A stretch of DNA of 64,000 nt. It comes from Vicugna vicugna. Its lineage: Eukaryota. Under the pieces are notes generated by a model, which saw nothing but the letters and a program-made list of their open reading frames with translations, had not been told where the DNA came from and made no database searches. Each line of letters starts with the position of its first letter. Position 1 is the stretch's first letter. Both the position numbers and the translations under genes were made by a program. Positions 25,400 through 38,150 of the stretch are shown piece by piece. The stretch covers positions 2,055,308-2,119,307 of the forward strand of contig MU061578.1 in the NCBI GenBank assembly GCA_013265495.1, read 5' to 3'.

Positions 25400-25665
25400 T
25401 AACAAAAATAACATTTTGAACAGCCATAATGAGAAGAATAGCAATAAAAATCACAAGCTGGTGGCATCGGCTATATAAGCTCTTTAGTTGTATTATCTCA
25501 TTTAATCTTCACAATACAGCGCTAGGTGTAAGTACTATTATGGTTTTCTTTTAAAGATAAATGAGAAAATCAAAGCTTAAAAGAGGGAGGAGGTTCTGTG
25601 ACTTGGCCAAGCCCACAGAGCTGGTGAGGGGTTAAGCCAGGACTCAAAACTAAGTCTTTGTGTCA
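25400..25665 (-). mobile_element. MIR
   Basis: tattatctcatttaatcttcacaa...gacttggccaagcccacagagctggt...gccaggactcaaa. Confidence 0.75.
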
Positions 25666-26168
25666 AAGCGGAGTTCATGAAGCATGAATTATGAAGCACC
25701 TTGTCTTTCTGTATGCTAGGGCTCATACTCCAGGTAGGTGATTTATGATCATGAAAGTAGGAATTTCTAGTCCATTGGTCTCAGAATTTAAAAAAAATAA
25801 AAATAAAAAGGAAGGTCCCATGATCTGCAGCACCAAAGGGAGCCTGCTGATATAAAAAACATTTTGGAAGCAAATATTTTGAGCGTGGTCAGAATCAGGT
25901 TTACAAAGAATCCCAAAAGCTTGGCCAATAATGAGTAGAAACTAAGCTGTGTTTTCGGTTCAGGGCAAGCTAGTTTATATGCCATTTGGTATATCTTTAA
26001 GAAATATACTTTCATACATCTTTAAAAAATGAGTCTTTAAGAAAGAAGTGGATAAAGTTCTGGAGGAAGACAGTTTGTTTTCATGATCTGAATCTAACTG
26101 TTAACAATGTGAACCAAGCAACATTTTTTTAAAACATCAGTAATCCTCCACTTCCTGTTTGTAAAATG

Positions 26169-26223
26169 GAGATGATGATGATGATAATGATGAAAATGAT
26201 GATGATAAAAATGTCGATGATAA
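26169..26223. repeat. (GAT)n low-complexity repeat
   Basis: gatgatgatgatgataatgatgaaaatgatgatgat. Confidence 0.85.
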
Positions 26224-26690
26224 CAGAATTAATGTCATAACAGTTACTATTAATACAGAGGACACTGCAGTTTCCCATTGTAATTTCTCACTGAGATTCC
26301 CAACCGCAAGCATGTTAATTCTCGGCTCCTTGCATGCGACTGGTGTAGGATTTGTCCCAGGGTCCACGTCATCTGATCCAGGAAGGGGTGATTGTTATGC
26401 TTATCAAAAACATTTTCTTAACCTAAGTGAAAGCCACAGGAAAAATTTTTTTTCTTGTCCTTCCAAATGTTTCCTTGTGTGACTATAATCTGTGTATCTG
26501 ACACAGATCTCTTACGACTAGCCAGAGGATGACAGGGCAGGGAGGAATAAGGAACCAGTAATATGTGTGAGGTTACGGAGCTCCCAAACCAACCAACATT
26601 CGAAACGACCCTACCGCTGCATCCACTGTTCCTGTGACAATATACCTCTTAGTGCAAAAGCCTGTTTTCTGTTTACATGTGGCCTAAGAG

Positions 26691-26919
26691 CAAGGTTTCT
26701 TAATCTCTGCACTACTGACATTTTGGGCCACATAGTCCTCCTGGTGGGGAGAGGGGGGCTACCTGTGTCCTGTAGGATGTTTAGCAGCGTCCTTGGCCTC
26801 CATCTACTCAATGCTAGTACCACCCCTGACTGCTCCCCAAAGTTCTGAGAACCAAAAATGCCTCCAGACATTTCCATATGACCTCTGGGGGGCAAAACTG
26901 GCCCAGGTGAGAACCATTG
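26691..26919 (+). mobile_element. MER20 DNA transposon
   Basis: caaggtttcttaatctctgcactactgacattttgggcc...gtaggatgtttagcagcgtccttggcctc...gtgagaaccattg, with inverted termini. Confidence 0.88.
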
Positions 26920-26999
26920 GTCAAAAGCCTCCTCACCAATATCCTGATAATACTCAAAGAAGTGGTACTCCCCCTAGTAATGGGGTAAGAACAATTAGT

Positions 27000-27188
27000 G
27001 TTTATTCAGGTCTACCACGTCCCAGGCGTTCGGGTCTATACCTTCACTCGTATTCTCACTGAGTTCTCACAACCATTCCATGAACCAGGTTTTATCATTA
27101 CCCACATTTTGCAGATGAGGAGACCGGGGTCCAGAGAAATGAAGGAACTGGCTCATAGTCACCAGGCTAGTACGTAGTTGGTTTAGAA
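27000..27188 (-). mobile_element. MIR, interrupted by an LTR (resumes ~27830-27850)
   Basis: cccacattttgcagatgaggagacc...ccagagaaatgaaggaactggctc; resumes as acccagctcagccatgactcc. Confidence 0.7.
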
Positions 27189-27825
27189 TGTGAAGCCTGC
27201 CTTTAGAGCAGGCAGGTAGCTAGTTATGAGCAGAGAAGGGGGCACATGGGCCAAAGGGCAGAAAACCATACATCTTGTGAACAATGGGGATCCTTGGACA
27301 GACCAAGATCAAAGGATCCTCCAGACTGATAAAAAAACAAAACAAAACAAAACATACATTCTGGGTTGACTGGTGTCCTGGACGCAGAAGGGAGGGGCAA
27401 GACAGGAATCCCCACCATCCAAATCTAACCTTTCAATCATTATGACCTCCATTCAAATGTAACCTTTGCTTATGATACACCCTCCCATCCGAAAGTAACC
27501 TTTTGTTCATTATGACCTCATCCAACTTCCTGATCAAGACTAAACAAGGACAAAAAACCCCTCCCCACCACCTGGGAAGGTGGAGCTGGGATGAAGGTCA
27601 GGAAAGACGACCCCAAATAACCTCCTGCCAATGACTATTCTGCCCACTCATTTTCACACTCACATAACGGGCTTGCCAAGGACACTCGGGGAAGCGACCC
27701 CACTGGGTCTGCGGGCTCTTTCCTTGAGAGTGTACCATCTATCCATTAATAAATCCTTGCTTTGCTTTCTTGACCTCTGTGTCTTATTTCTGAATTCTTT
27801 CTGTGAAAAGAACCTCTAACCTACA
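27189..27825 (+). mobile_element. ERV1-type solo LTR (probably lineage-specific)
   Basis: TGT...ACA termini with a near-matching 4-bp flank (AGAA/ACAA), AATAAA at 27748-27753, and internal ~34-bp tandem repeats. Confidence 0.75.
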
Positions 27826-28284
27826 ACAAACCCAGCTCAGCCATGACTCCTCCGACCCCAGGTGGTCATGAGAATTCAAGGGTCTGACCCATGTGGAGTC
27901 GGCCAGCACTGTGACTGGCCCAAGGCCACTGCTCAGAGTAAACTGTGTCTTCTCCGTAACAGCCCTACAGCAGGAGGATCCTCAAGAAATGCAGCGCAAT
28001 CTTGGCAAGTCCGTTGCTTTCTCCACATCCAACGGTTTGAGCTCATTCCTCTAAACTCTTCATAGTGGCTGAGTGTTCCAGCCAACACCCAGGCTGCCCC
28101 AAACTAATAAAGAGGACACAATCACCACACTCCTTGATAACCCATCAAGACAGCATTTGCCGATGTCACTCACGCACAATCGAACTAGAGTCAGGGGCCA
28201 GTTTTATACTCCTGCTGGATAAGATAATAAGAAGTAATTATACCTGCTTAGGACTTGAGGGGAGAAAAAAAGAGGAAAAATAAA

Positions 28285-28480
28285 AACAGTTTTGAGAACT
28301 TTCTCTATGCCAAGCCTCAGGTATGACACCTAACCTCAGAGAAGCTCTATAAGGCAAGTAGGATTATTATTCCCATCTTACAGATAAAGAAACTGAGGCT
28401 CAGAGATAAAAAGCAAATTTTCAAAGCCTACAAGTTCAAAATCTCATTTTTAAATTCTTGGAAGTCTGACTTCAGGGCTA
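28285..28480 (-). mobile_element. MIR
   Basis: attattattcccatcttacagataaagaaactgaggctcagaga. Confidence 0.85.
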
Positions 28481-29322
28481 TAGTATCCTTTGCTGCATCT
28501 CAAAACCTCTCTTCAGGTATAGAGAGTTCAAAGGCCAAAAAGACAGAAAAATTCTGTATATATTCTAACGTCCTACTAACAATATTTTTTAAAAATAAAC
28601 TCTGCTTTCAGTAGTTCCACTGAAGTCAACCATGAAGGTTGAAAGTGAATCTTCTCATGAAAAAAAAAAAGTTGTAAGTCAATGAGGTGTAAATAGTTAA
28701 TGAATTTATCATCAGAACATAAATAGTTTTGCTTTAATGTACTAACACCTCAGGGGGAAAAATGTTCCATGTATTAGCAGTCAAGAGTATTGACAATCGA
28801 TTTCTTTCAAATGCACTTACTTTAAGTCCTCATCATTTTATTACAAATGGATAAGTAAAGATATTTAAGCCATTTAGGATGAAATATGCAACCTTCCGAG
28901 GAAGAATGTGCATTTGCAGTGGTTACTGGTGGGTTATGGATGCTCTGAGCAGTAAAATCTCTGTAAATCATGGTCAGAGTGTGCATTGCTATGCTCTCCA
29001 TTTATGCATATATTATTTCTATTTATTCCTTATACTTCGCTAAAGAAGCACAAACCTCTAAATTTAAAAAAAAACCACTGAGAATCTCTTTTAAGAATCT
29101 ATAGCAGCTAATAGGAGGAAATATGAGTTAATATGGGTCAATGGCTAAAATCTGGGATTCTGGAAGCTGAATATAAACGTTTAAAGGAGACACTTTGGGC
29201 ATTTGGTCAGAAGTGAACTCTCTTTCATGAAGCACGTTTCCGCAATTTCTCTGCTTCTCCCTTCTGTGAGTTTCCCCACACCAGAACTTTAGGCTTGGTT
29301 CAAGATGTCCTGCTGAATTAAT

Positions 29323-29793
29323 TTGTAGACACTCTTTTGGGTCCCCCTAGAAGCAGACCTTGAGACGCATATTTGAGTGCAAGTGTGAATTTGGGGGGTG
29401 AAACTTGGAAACAATGGTAAGAGAGTGGGGAAGAAAGCTGGGGAAGGGGCAGGAGAGAACAGTAAGTGTGTTGTCAACCAATTTAATACAGTGCAGGTCA
29501 ATTCCACTAAAAAAGTTCTGGCAGCCAGGGCAGAACACACTCCCCACAATTATCCCACCCAGGGGGCAAAGAAGCTTGAACTGATACACTGATTCCTGTC
29601 AGTCATTGGTTAAGGGTTAGCGCAGCGGGAATGATAATCCAGTGCTACTTCCAGCCTTTCGTGGGCATGGGTAGAGTGGAGACTACTGGTCACAGAGAGT
29701 CCTCAGGTGATGGTGCTGGTATCTGGGAGTCCAGAATGCAAGCCCCTAAGGACTGAGGTTGCGGGGTGGGAGGCAATGGCAGCGTCTTCTATA
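29323..29793 (-). mobile_element. LTR16-like ERVL solo LTR
   Basis: gggtccccctagaagcagaccttgagacgcatatttgagtgcaagt...tcagtcattggttaaggg. Confidence 0.75.
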
Positions 29794-29934
29794 TTCTCCA
29801 TGTCCCCAGGAAGAAAGAAGGGGAAGTGTTGGCTTTGCAAGAGCAATCAGTGATATGTCCTGTAGGAATGAAAAGCTCCTGAATCTCTCATCACCTATGA
29901 AGCCCCGCCAACCAAGAGTCTAAATATTCTATGG

Positions 29935-30112
29935 ACGTCAAACTGTGGTGTGTACCAGAGTTGTTGGTAATGCTCATCAAAATTCAGATCCTGGGCACCA
30001 TCCTAGAGATCCTGATTCAGAAAGCCTGGGCTGAGACCTGGAAATCTCAATTTTTAAATCCTCTACACACACTCATACACACACACACAGACACACACAC
30101 ACACACACACCA
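29935..30112. mobile_element. MER5-like fragment followed by (CA)n
   Basis: aaaattcagatcctgggcaccatcctagagatcctgattcag...cctggaaatctc; CA run at ~30065-30112. Confidence 0.65.
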
Positions 30113-31699
30113 TGCATTCATGTCTCATGTCCAGGTACCTGATGTGAACACTATGTGTTTCATCCAACAGCAGAATGACTTGTGAATAGGGTCGGAGGTG
30201 GGGGGAGGTGGGAGCTCAACTCTTTTTGTTTTTTTAAAGATCCTAGGGCTTTGTGCATGAATATTTCCTTTCTCTTTGAAAACACGATTGCTGGCTGTGC
30301 TCTCAAACTTCACAGAAGGGAGGTAATTGTTAGGATTCTGAAGCTCTGATTGTGCACCATGAATATATTAAAATCTACAGGTATTTGCAAGAAACTCATG
30401 GGACCACTCAGGAAGGGCCATTCTGGAGTCTCGGGAACCACAAGTAGGACAAGGAAACAGTGATGTCATGTATCGGGGAGAATCAGCAAATTAAGGCTTC
30501 AGGAGGCTCCAGTTCTCAGGCCAGGCAGGCAACGTGGAGGCATCAAACCTTTGCTGAACCAACTTTTTTAACAACAAAGCCCCACCAGATTCACAGGCAT
30601 GAAGATAAAGCACAACCAGGTGAAAACGCCCTGGCAGTTTCGGGTGGTGGACAAAGTGAACGAGGTACCATTCTTCCTCTTTGGAAGGTCTTATTTTAGA
30701 GAGTATGAAGCGGCAGTAATCCTGGAATCACTGTCAGAGAATGTTCTAGACCTGGCATCTATAAGAGAGGCTCTTTTATTAACGGACAAAAGTCAGGGTG
30801 AGGGAAGTAAAGCATAAACCATAGGTGCCTTTTATGAGAGCAGGTAGACTTTTCTTGTATACCTACTTTTAGCTTAAAAAAGTATTTCGCAGGTGTCAGC
30901 AACCATTAATTGACAGACAAAAGAAGGGGTCACCAACTTGAGAGACTGGCAGTGAAGAGGCCGTTGGTCTCTTTGATTTCCCTGCTGCTTCTTGCTTTGA
31001 TTCGTCTCTGTGCTCAAAAGCTCCAGGACTAGCTCGCTTGCCATTATTCCGTAAGGCAATTAAGCAACTTGGCAATAAAAGCAACCACATTTTTCTGGAG
31101 TAGTTCACAGAGAATACAGAGCAGAACAGCGCAGGCCAGATGTTGAAGCAAAATGTAAGTACTTATCTGAACACACGTCCCAGTGCCAAGGCTAAATGCC
31201 CTGCCTTGCTTCCATCCAGTTAATCCCTCCCTCTGCTCTGTCATCAGACTCTCAGGGTATAAACATGCTAAAGCTCTCCTGCGTTAACCCTCCTGTCTCA
31301 AGGCTCCCTCAAGTAGTATGCTGCTAGTTCAGGTCTACCGCTATGGCCAAGCTTTCTGAAAACAGTCATTCGATCTCTGTTTATCCCTTCCTTTCTCCAT
31401 CATCCAGTGACTGACTGTAACCTGGTGTTTCTGTCCGTATTGTTCCACTGAAGCTATTGTCTTAGCATCTTCTTTGCTCGTGCCCCTTCACCCCCGCTGC
31501 CAAGATACCCCCGCCATTTAGTCCTCGATTTCGGTTGCTCTATCTTCACCATCGGATGTGTTGACAATGTCCTGGCAACTCTCTTTGGCTTCAGAAACAC
31601 AACACTTCTGGCCCTTTTCCTGCCTCTGCCTCTGCACTGCTCCATAACTGTCTCTTTTTCTGTCTGCTCTGCCTAGACACTGCCCTCCTTAAATGCTGG

Positions 31700-32070
31700 T
31701 GTGTCGGCAACCTCTTCGGCAGGCTCTTCAGTTGCTGGGTCAGGATGCCCTCCAGTAAGTCCCGACTTGAATGTAATCTTCCACTGAGCTAGTAGCCCCC
31801 GCAGGAAGAGACTCTCCTTTTTCTCCCTCAGAAGTTATAGATCCCGACTGATCTGGATGGGACTGCACAGCCATTACGAACCAACCACATGACCAGGTGG
31901 AGTGGACACGGCACCCTGGGGCGCCGGACCTGCGGGACCAGAGTGTGGGATCAACTCCACTGGAACCGCTCAGTCTCAGAATGGTGGACAAGTGCTCCCC
32001 TCCAAAGGAAACAGGGGTGCTATTACTAGGTGTTAAACCATCAAATACTTGGATAGGTAATGCCAGGCAA
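31700..32070 (-). mobile_element. Old MLT1 (J/K-like) LTR fragment
   Basis: gaaccaaccacatgaccagg...ccaaaggaaacaggggtgctattact. Confidence 0.5.
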
Positions 32071-32082
32071 ATATTAACACAC

Positions 32083-32691
32083 TGAGACAGGAGGGAAGGG
32101 GGCATTGCACAACCATTAAAAGAATGACACAGCAATTAGCAGTAAGATGGTGGAAGATTCGACTCACAGTAGACCTTGAGCGTCAATGTACGCTCCCTGA
32201 AATACAATAGGATGCTCAATGGTACTCCCACAGGTGCCTGGACAGTTTTAAGGCTGACCAAAAAGGTCAAAGGGTGAGTGATGGCCCAGTTCCTGAGAAT
32301 CCCACCCCCTTCCCCCAAGTAGTTGGAATAATCCGCCCGCTCGTTAGCAGAGGAAGTTACAGAGCCCATAACACTAGCAGCCGTACCTGGCAGCCTCTGG
32401 CTCCCTCGTTCCCTTGCCTTCCGAGAAGGACCACACTCTGTCCATGGAGTGTGTATCTACCTTTACTTTAAACTGAGCACCTAACTTCCACCACCTCATG
32501 GACTTTCTGTTGCCCTCTGAGACAGCCTGCACTCTGCCTATGAGGTATGTATCTCTCTGAATAAATCTGTTTTTACTCAACTGTGGTTCACACTTGAATT
32601 CTTACCTGAGCAAAGCCAAGGACCTACACTTGGCAGGGCACTTCCCAACCAAGACCTGGGCCATCCTCTGGCCCCACATTTTCCTGTGTCA
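32083..32691 (+). mobile_element. MER41-like ERV1 solo LTR, 609 bp
   Basis: TGAGA...TGTCA termini, perfect 4-bp TSD ACAC (32079-32082 / 32692-32695), AATAAA at ~32560. The U5 (cttgaattctt...aagccaaggacc) resembles MER41-type LTRs. Confidence 0.85.
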
Positions 32692-32695
32692 ACAC

Positions 32696-33450
32696 CACTT
32701 ATTTCTTTAATGATTTCATTGTCTCCCCGTTACCAATAGGATAAAGTCCCAACATCTTGGCTTGGCATACAAGATGCTCCAGGAGCCAGCCCACGCCTGC
32801 CCTTCCAGCTTTATCTGCCATGTAGTCTAATTTTACCCACAAAGAACTACACATTGCTCTTGAAATAGTCTGCGTTCTGTCATACCAACGCATCCCCTTT
32901 GCCTGGAGTGCTGGACCCCTACTTCCCCTACTCCTGTGGGGCCATATTTCTGTCTCAAGACTCAGCTCACAGGCCATCCTCCTTTTGAAAAACCAACCCC
33001 ACTTCTCCTGGCTGAATCAGTTGTTCCTTTCCCAAGAAACTGTGTAGCTATCTCTATTTAATAGTGGTTCTCGACAGGGGCCCTGTTGTTCCTCAGGGGA
33101 TGTTTGGCAATGTCGAGGGACATTTTGGGTTGCCATCAGTGGAGGGGGGATTCTCCTGGCATCTAGTGGGTGGAGGCAGTTCAACACCCTACCACCCACA
33201 GGCACAAACCACAGAGAATGATCCAGCCCAAAATATCCACCGTGCCACAGCTGAAAACTCCTGCTCTGTTGGGACATTGAATGCCTTGTACTATAATGAT
33301 CCCTTTTATAACTTCCCAAGTAAATCATGAGCTTCTCAGGGGCAGGGACACTGTTGGATTTGTCACCATACTCCTAGCACTAGCAGGTGCCTGGCTCATA
33401 GCAGATGCTCACTAAACGTTGGCCAGATAACTGAGGAAGGGAATGAGTGC
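32696..33450 (+). mobile_element. L2 fragment interrupted by MER20 (~33063-33263)
   Basis: L2: ggataaagtcccaacatctt...tgagcttctcaggggcaggga...gtgcctggctcatagcagatgctca. MER20: gtggttctc...tttggcaatgtc...ctggcatctagtgggtggaggc. Confidence 0.75.
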
Positions 33451-34301
33451 CCAGATGGGCTTCTGAAACGTTATCCAAGAAACTGAATTCCTGGAAGGCA
33501 TGAGGGTTCCTTCAATGGCTATTGTATTAGAAATTTTCAGCTGCAGGATGCGTTTCCTCCCCCTTTTCAAAAATAGATTTCAGCAAAAAGTTTCCGAATT
33601 CAGCCACGTGATACTCTCTGCAAGGCGCACTTCTCTGTCACTCTCTATACCTCTCATGCTACTGATTATTAAGAAATGGCCTCTTGGCTCTGTGTGATTG
33701 CTAAAGACAGAAGAAGTCACAATAATTCCAGAAATAGGTACACTCTTCTCGCAGTTTGGAAATTTTTTTTCGGTGAAACAAAATTTCATGGCCCTTTCCC
33801 CGCCACCATCCAATTTTAGTTTAAATCAAGGCCGCGTGTGTGTGATGTCTTCATCTAAGCCAGCGCACGCTTGACTAAGAAATGCATACCTCATCGGGAG
33901 CTCAGTACCTGTGTAAGGTCTAACACGTTTCTCAGAAAGGACATTCAAATGTCAGATGGAATGATTTACACTGCATGTCAATAAAAAGAACTCCAAGGTT
34001 CAGCAAGTCAATAAAGCTTATTAGAACAATCTTAGGGCTGAGTATCAGTGTCGCCCAGTGAGGACCTCTGAAGTCACACACTATCTCAAGGTAAGTGGCA
34101 TTAAATAGACCACTCTGGAGGGAGAGATAAAATTAAAAACTTCCGTTATTTTGAGAGTTCATGTTAACTTAATAACACACAAAAAGCTGGAGGAACGTAT
34201 GTTTATATTCTCATGGTTTGTTTGTTGAAGCTCGCGTATATTGAAAGTCTCCGATATGCCAAGCACTGGATCAGGTAGACCATATCTATTCATTTTTATT
34301 T

Positions 34302-34560
34302 ACCAGCACTTACGGCATGCTTTCTATGTGCCAGACAGTCTCCTAAATCTTTTCAAAGAGTAACTCTTTTAATCCTCATTACAACCCTATGAAATGGGTA
34401 TACCATGATCCCCATTTTGCAGATAAGGAAACTGAGGCTCAGAGAAGCTAAGTAAAATGCCCGAGGTCACCCAGCTTGTAAGCAGCAGAGCGAGCCTTCG
34501 TGTAAAGCCAGGCAGTCCGGCTCTAGAGCCGGTGTCCCCAGCCACGGTGCAGCACTGCCT
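34302..34560 (-). mobile_element. Near full-length MIR
   Basis: tttaatcctcattacaaccctatga...cccattttgcagataaggaaactgaggctcagaga...ggctctagagcc. Confidence 0.92.
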
Positions 34561-34589
34561 CGTATGCGTTACCTCCAGTCCTCTCAATC

Positions 34590-34945
34590 AACTCTTAACC
34601 CACATTTTGTTCTGCCTCATATTCCAAAACTAATATTTTACTTAGTTGCCAATGTTTCAAAATCAGAAGACTTCACCCAAAATCTGGATTTCTGGAGTCT
34701 CCTGACAAATCAAAATGCCTGCTTTCTTGCATGGCCACACTGGGAACTCAGGAGGGGTTTCAGGTGGGGTGCAGACCCACCTCGCTCCCTTGAGACCCTT
34801 GTCTTGTCCCTTGGCATTTGAGTTTGAGATCCTGGCTTATCTGTTTTGCAGATGAAGATGCTGAGCGTAAGAGAGGTTCAGGAACTGGGCCAAGGCTGCA
34901 GATCTAGTGAATAGCAAGGCTGGCTTTGAACTTGGCAGGGTCTCA
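34590..34945. mobile_element. MER102-like hAT fragment (~34590-34835) followed by a MIR fragment
   Basis: gttgccaatgtttcaaaatcagaagacttcac...aaatctggatttctgg...ggcatttgagtttgagatcctg; then ttttgcagatgaagatgctgag. Confidence 0.6.
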
Positions 34946-35009
34946 ATGGAAAAGACATGGCAAACTCAAATTGAGGCAATTCAGGGAGATGTCCTTTTAT
35001 TTTTAAAAA

Positions 35010-35395
35010 GGACGAGTAACAAAGGGTGGCAGGTGTGGAGAAATAACCCTAGACTAATATCAATGAAGCCATCATCATCCCTAGGAACAAGGAACAAGGA
35101 ACAAGAGGAGGGAAGTGTAACCAGAACTCAGAGGACAGAACTGTTCTGAGCAGGTGTCAGAAGAGAAGGAACAGTTACCATCAGATGAGGAACCTGGGAC
35201 ATCTCACAACAGAGAGAGTCAGGGGAGCAGCAACCCTGACCACCTTCCTCTCCTTCACTCTGATTTCTAGCCAGGGTTCCCCACCAATGGCCAAATCCAA
35301 ATGATGACTGGCGGCAAAGGACGCGGGTCCTGACGTGGCAGGGCAGAGCAGGATGGGGGAGGGTGGAGAGTGCGAACAGCAGGAAACACAGACAC
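35010..35395 (-). mobile_element. LTR33-like ERVL LTR
   Basis: caaccctgaccaccttcctctcc...caatggccaaatccaa...agggtggagagtg. Confidence 0.55.
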
Positions 35396-35772
35396 CAGCG
35401 CACGACTCCTGCTGGATTCCAAATACCAGGCTTTTTCCATTTCCCTTGCTCTGGACCTATTCAATCAATGGGCTATTCTAATAATACTATGATAATAGCA
35501 AACACAAATGTGGTGCCTAAAACGCACCAGCTACTCTTCTAAGAGCTTTACGTGGGATAACTCCTTTTGTTAAGCGCCTGTCACCTGTGAGGCACAGAGC
35601 CCTCTCTGCAAACTCGGATGGGAGGAGGAGCACGAGAGCGGCGGCTATCTTAGGGATCCTCTACTCTCTGACGGGGTCAGATCATACGATCACATCTCAA
35701 CCTGCTTCAGCCTTGCCTTCAAACTCATGAGCAAAGAAGACGTCCTAGTCTAAAAAAAAAAAAAAAAAAAAA

Positions 35773-36010
35773 NNNNNNNNNNNNNNNNNNNNNNNNNNNN
35801 NNNNNNNNNNNNNNNNNNNNNNNNNNNNNNNNNNNNNNNNNNNNNNNNNNNNNNNNNNNNNNNNNNNNNNNNNNNNNNNNNNNNNNNNNNNNNNNNNNNN
35901 NNNNNNNNNNNNNNNNNNNNNNNNNNNNNNNNNNNNNNNNNNNNNNNNNNNNNNNNNNNNNNNNNNNNNNNNNNNNNNNNNNNNNNNNNNNNNNNNNNNN
36001 NNNNNNNNNN
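35773..36010. other. Assembly gap (238 N)
   Basis: Run of N with poly-A on both sides. Confidence 1.
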
Positions 36011-36589
36011 AGGACGTAAAAAAAAAAAAAAAAAAAGGGAACTAAAATAAGCTGAAAATACAAAGGTGCACGGCACGCATGAGCCCTGTTAACTGGTAGA
36101 CCTATAACTATTCTTCCTGTTTCCCACGTCAAAACGTATCTTTCCCATGCAGCACTCCCTTAGTTCTTAAGAGCTGATTAGCCTACTAATCTAGGACGAA
36201 AAAGGAACATATGAAGGTCACAGCTCTTGACAATGGCTTAAGAGCTGTAGATCCTTCATGCTTGAAGGGGAATTTTCTAATCCTATGGTAAATATGGGGG
36301 CAAAGAATCCGGGGAGGGTGTTAAAGAAGGACTTAAGGGCTCTGAGTCCCTTTGGATGCTTCAATTGGCAAAGGGCAATGTTGCCCAAACTTCAGTCATC
36401 CACGTGCTGCCCTCATGGTCTTTGTCATATTTGTCCCAGCTGCACTGTGACAAATTATCCTAAATTAGAAACCAATATTGTTCCACTATTGATGTAAGCA
36501 ACATAACCACTAAAATTAGTCATCTTGTCTGTGTCGTATCTAAAACCTTCCTTATCTATTTTCAGTAACACACACGTGCATGTCTTGGG

Positions 36590-36760
36590 AAATGCCTGGT
36601 AGAGGTTAAAAGCATGAACTCTGGAGCCAGACAAAACTGGGTTTAAGTCTCAGTTCCATCACTCAGGAGGGTTTGCCTTATATAAATTGCCAAGAAGTAA
36701 ATAACTTGTGCAGAGTCCTTAACACCCATGCCTGGCCCTTGGTAGGTATTCAGGAAACAA
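36590..36760 (+). mobile_element. MIR (internally deleted)
   Basis: ggttaaaagcatgaactctggagccagacaaaactgggttt. Confidence 0.7.
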
Positions 36761-37089
36761 TACTTTTTAGAGCTTTACGAGCCACAGCATTGATGGTTTC
36801 TAGATCCTCTAGACCCTGGTGTGTATATACCATTAACACTTACTTAAAGCCTGAGAGAAAAGTGACAGTCTAGAGAAACAGTATCCCATTAGGGAGTCTC
36901 AGAATTCCAGGACCCACACAGCAGCTGGAGAGCTCAGACTTCCCTGTGGTGGCGCACAGGGTTTTCATAGTGTGCAAAGATGGTTCTCCAGTCAGTCAAA
37001 TATTGCTGCCACTGGCTAGTAAGACCTTTCCTGCAATTTCTAGGACAAGGAACTGAGACTAGGAGATTTCACTAAACACTGACATATGT

Positions 37090-38150
37090 ATTCATCCATT
37101 CATCTACCCATCCACCCATCTGTTCATCTAACAATTATCTGAGTAACTCCATTTCTAGGCACTGTCCTAAGAGCTGGATATCCAACGCTGGGCAGAGAAA
37201 AACAGATGTAGTTCTTACACTCATAGTGCTTACAAGATACAGGAAGACACAGACGCAAATAAGTCGGACCCAGTTTTTATACTCCCTAGATTTGTTCAGC
37301 CCTACTTATCTCCTGGGACTTGGCCCTTCCCTCAAAGGAAGGTCAGCCTTCACTGCAATGCCTCTTCTCCTAACGACCCTTGGCTGCTACAGCATCCTTT
37401 GGGTGAGGGTTGCTTTGGTCTTCATCGCACCTGCTGTGATTTCATAAACCAAGCCCAACCCTAGCAGACTCATGAAGGCTCTGGTTCCTCCCACTGCTTT
37501 CATGCTCAGACGAAGTATCACACTACGACACATGGGCTCTGGCTTCTCCAGGAGCTGCCCTAAGTGTTGGTGAGTTCTCCCACAGAGTAATCTGAGCAGT
37601 TGAAGGAGATGAGAAGATGGTAGTAGACATATTCTTCTCCCAGTGAACTGTTCCAAGGTACAGCAGGCCTCCATGGCCTACCTAGAAGACCCCCATGTCA
37701 TGGAACAGTTCACTGTCATGTCTCATAAAGCTGTGGTCAGCTCAGGAACACACGGTTTTATATGCGATTGTCTTCCTTCTCCCACCTCACCTCCCTTCTT
37801 CCTTCATTCCAGCTGCCCTGTTGTTGTACCGCTCTATAAAGCCTCAGGATGTAAGTGTCACCTCAGGCTCTATTTTCAAGGAGACCTGAACTTTAAAAAA
37901 ATAAACCAAATAACCATACAAATAAGTAAATATTTACAAGTTGCTATGAGATCTTTCAACGGGGAAGAGTCTGACCTGGTCTAAGAGTAGACAAAGCTCC
38001 CTTTGCAGAAGTGATTCTTGAACTGAGATAGAGGAAGAAGCAAGCTTGATTAGTTTGGGGAAGAGGCATGAAGGAGCATACCAGGCAGTTGGAAAAGCAT
38101 GTTCAAAGGCCCTGTGGTAGAGACAAAATAGGAGGAAGGCGCTGAGTAAA
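37090..38150 (-). mobile_element. L2 3' region interrupted by an old ERVL-type LTR (~37260-37890)
   Basis: attcatccattcatc...ctaggcactgtcctaagagctgg...; the LTR ends ctcaggctctattttcaaggagacctgaact; L2 resumes ...agcatgttcaaaggccctgtggt. Confidence 0.6.

Noticed and set aside
35725..36132. ORFs spanning the gap
   Set aside because: Artefact of translating N bases.
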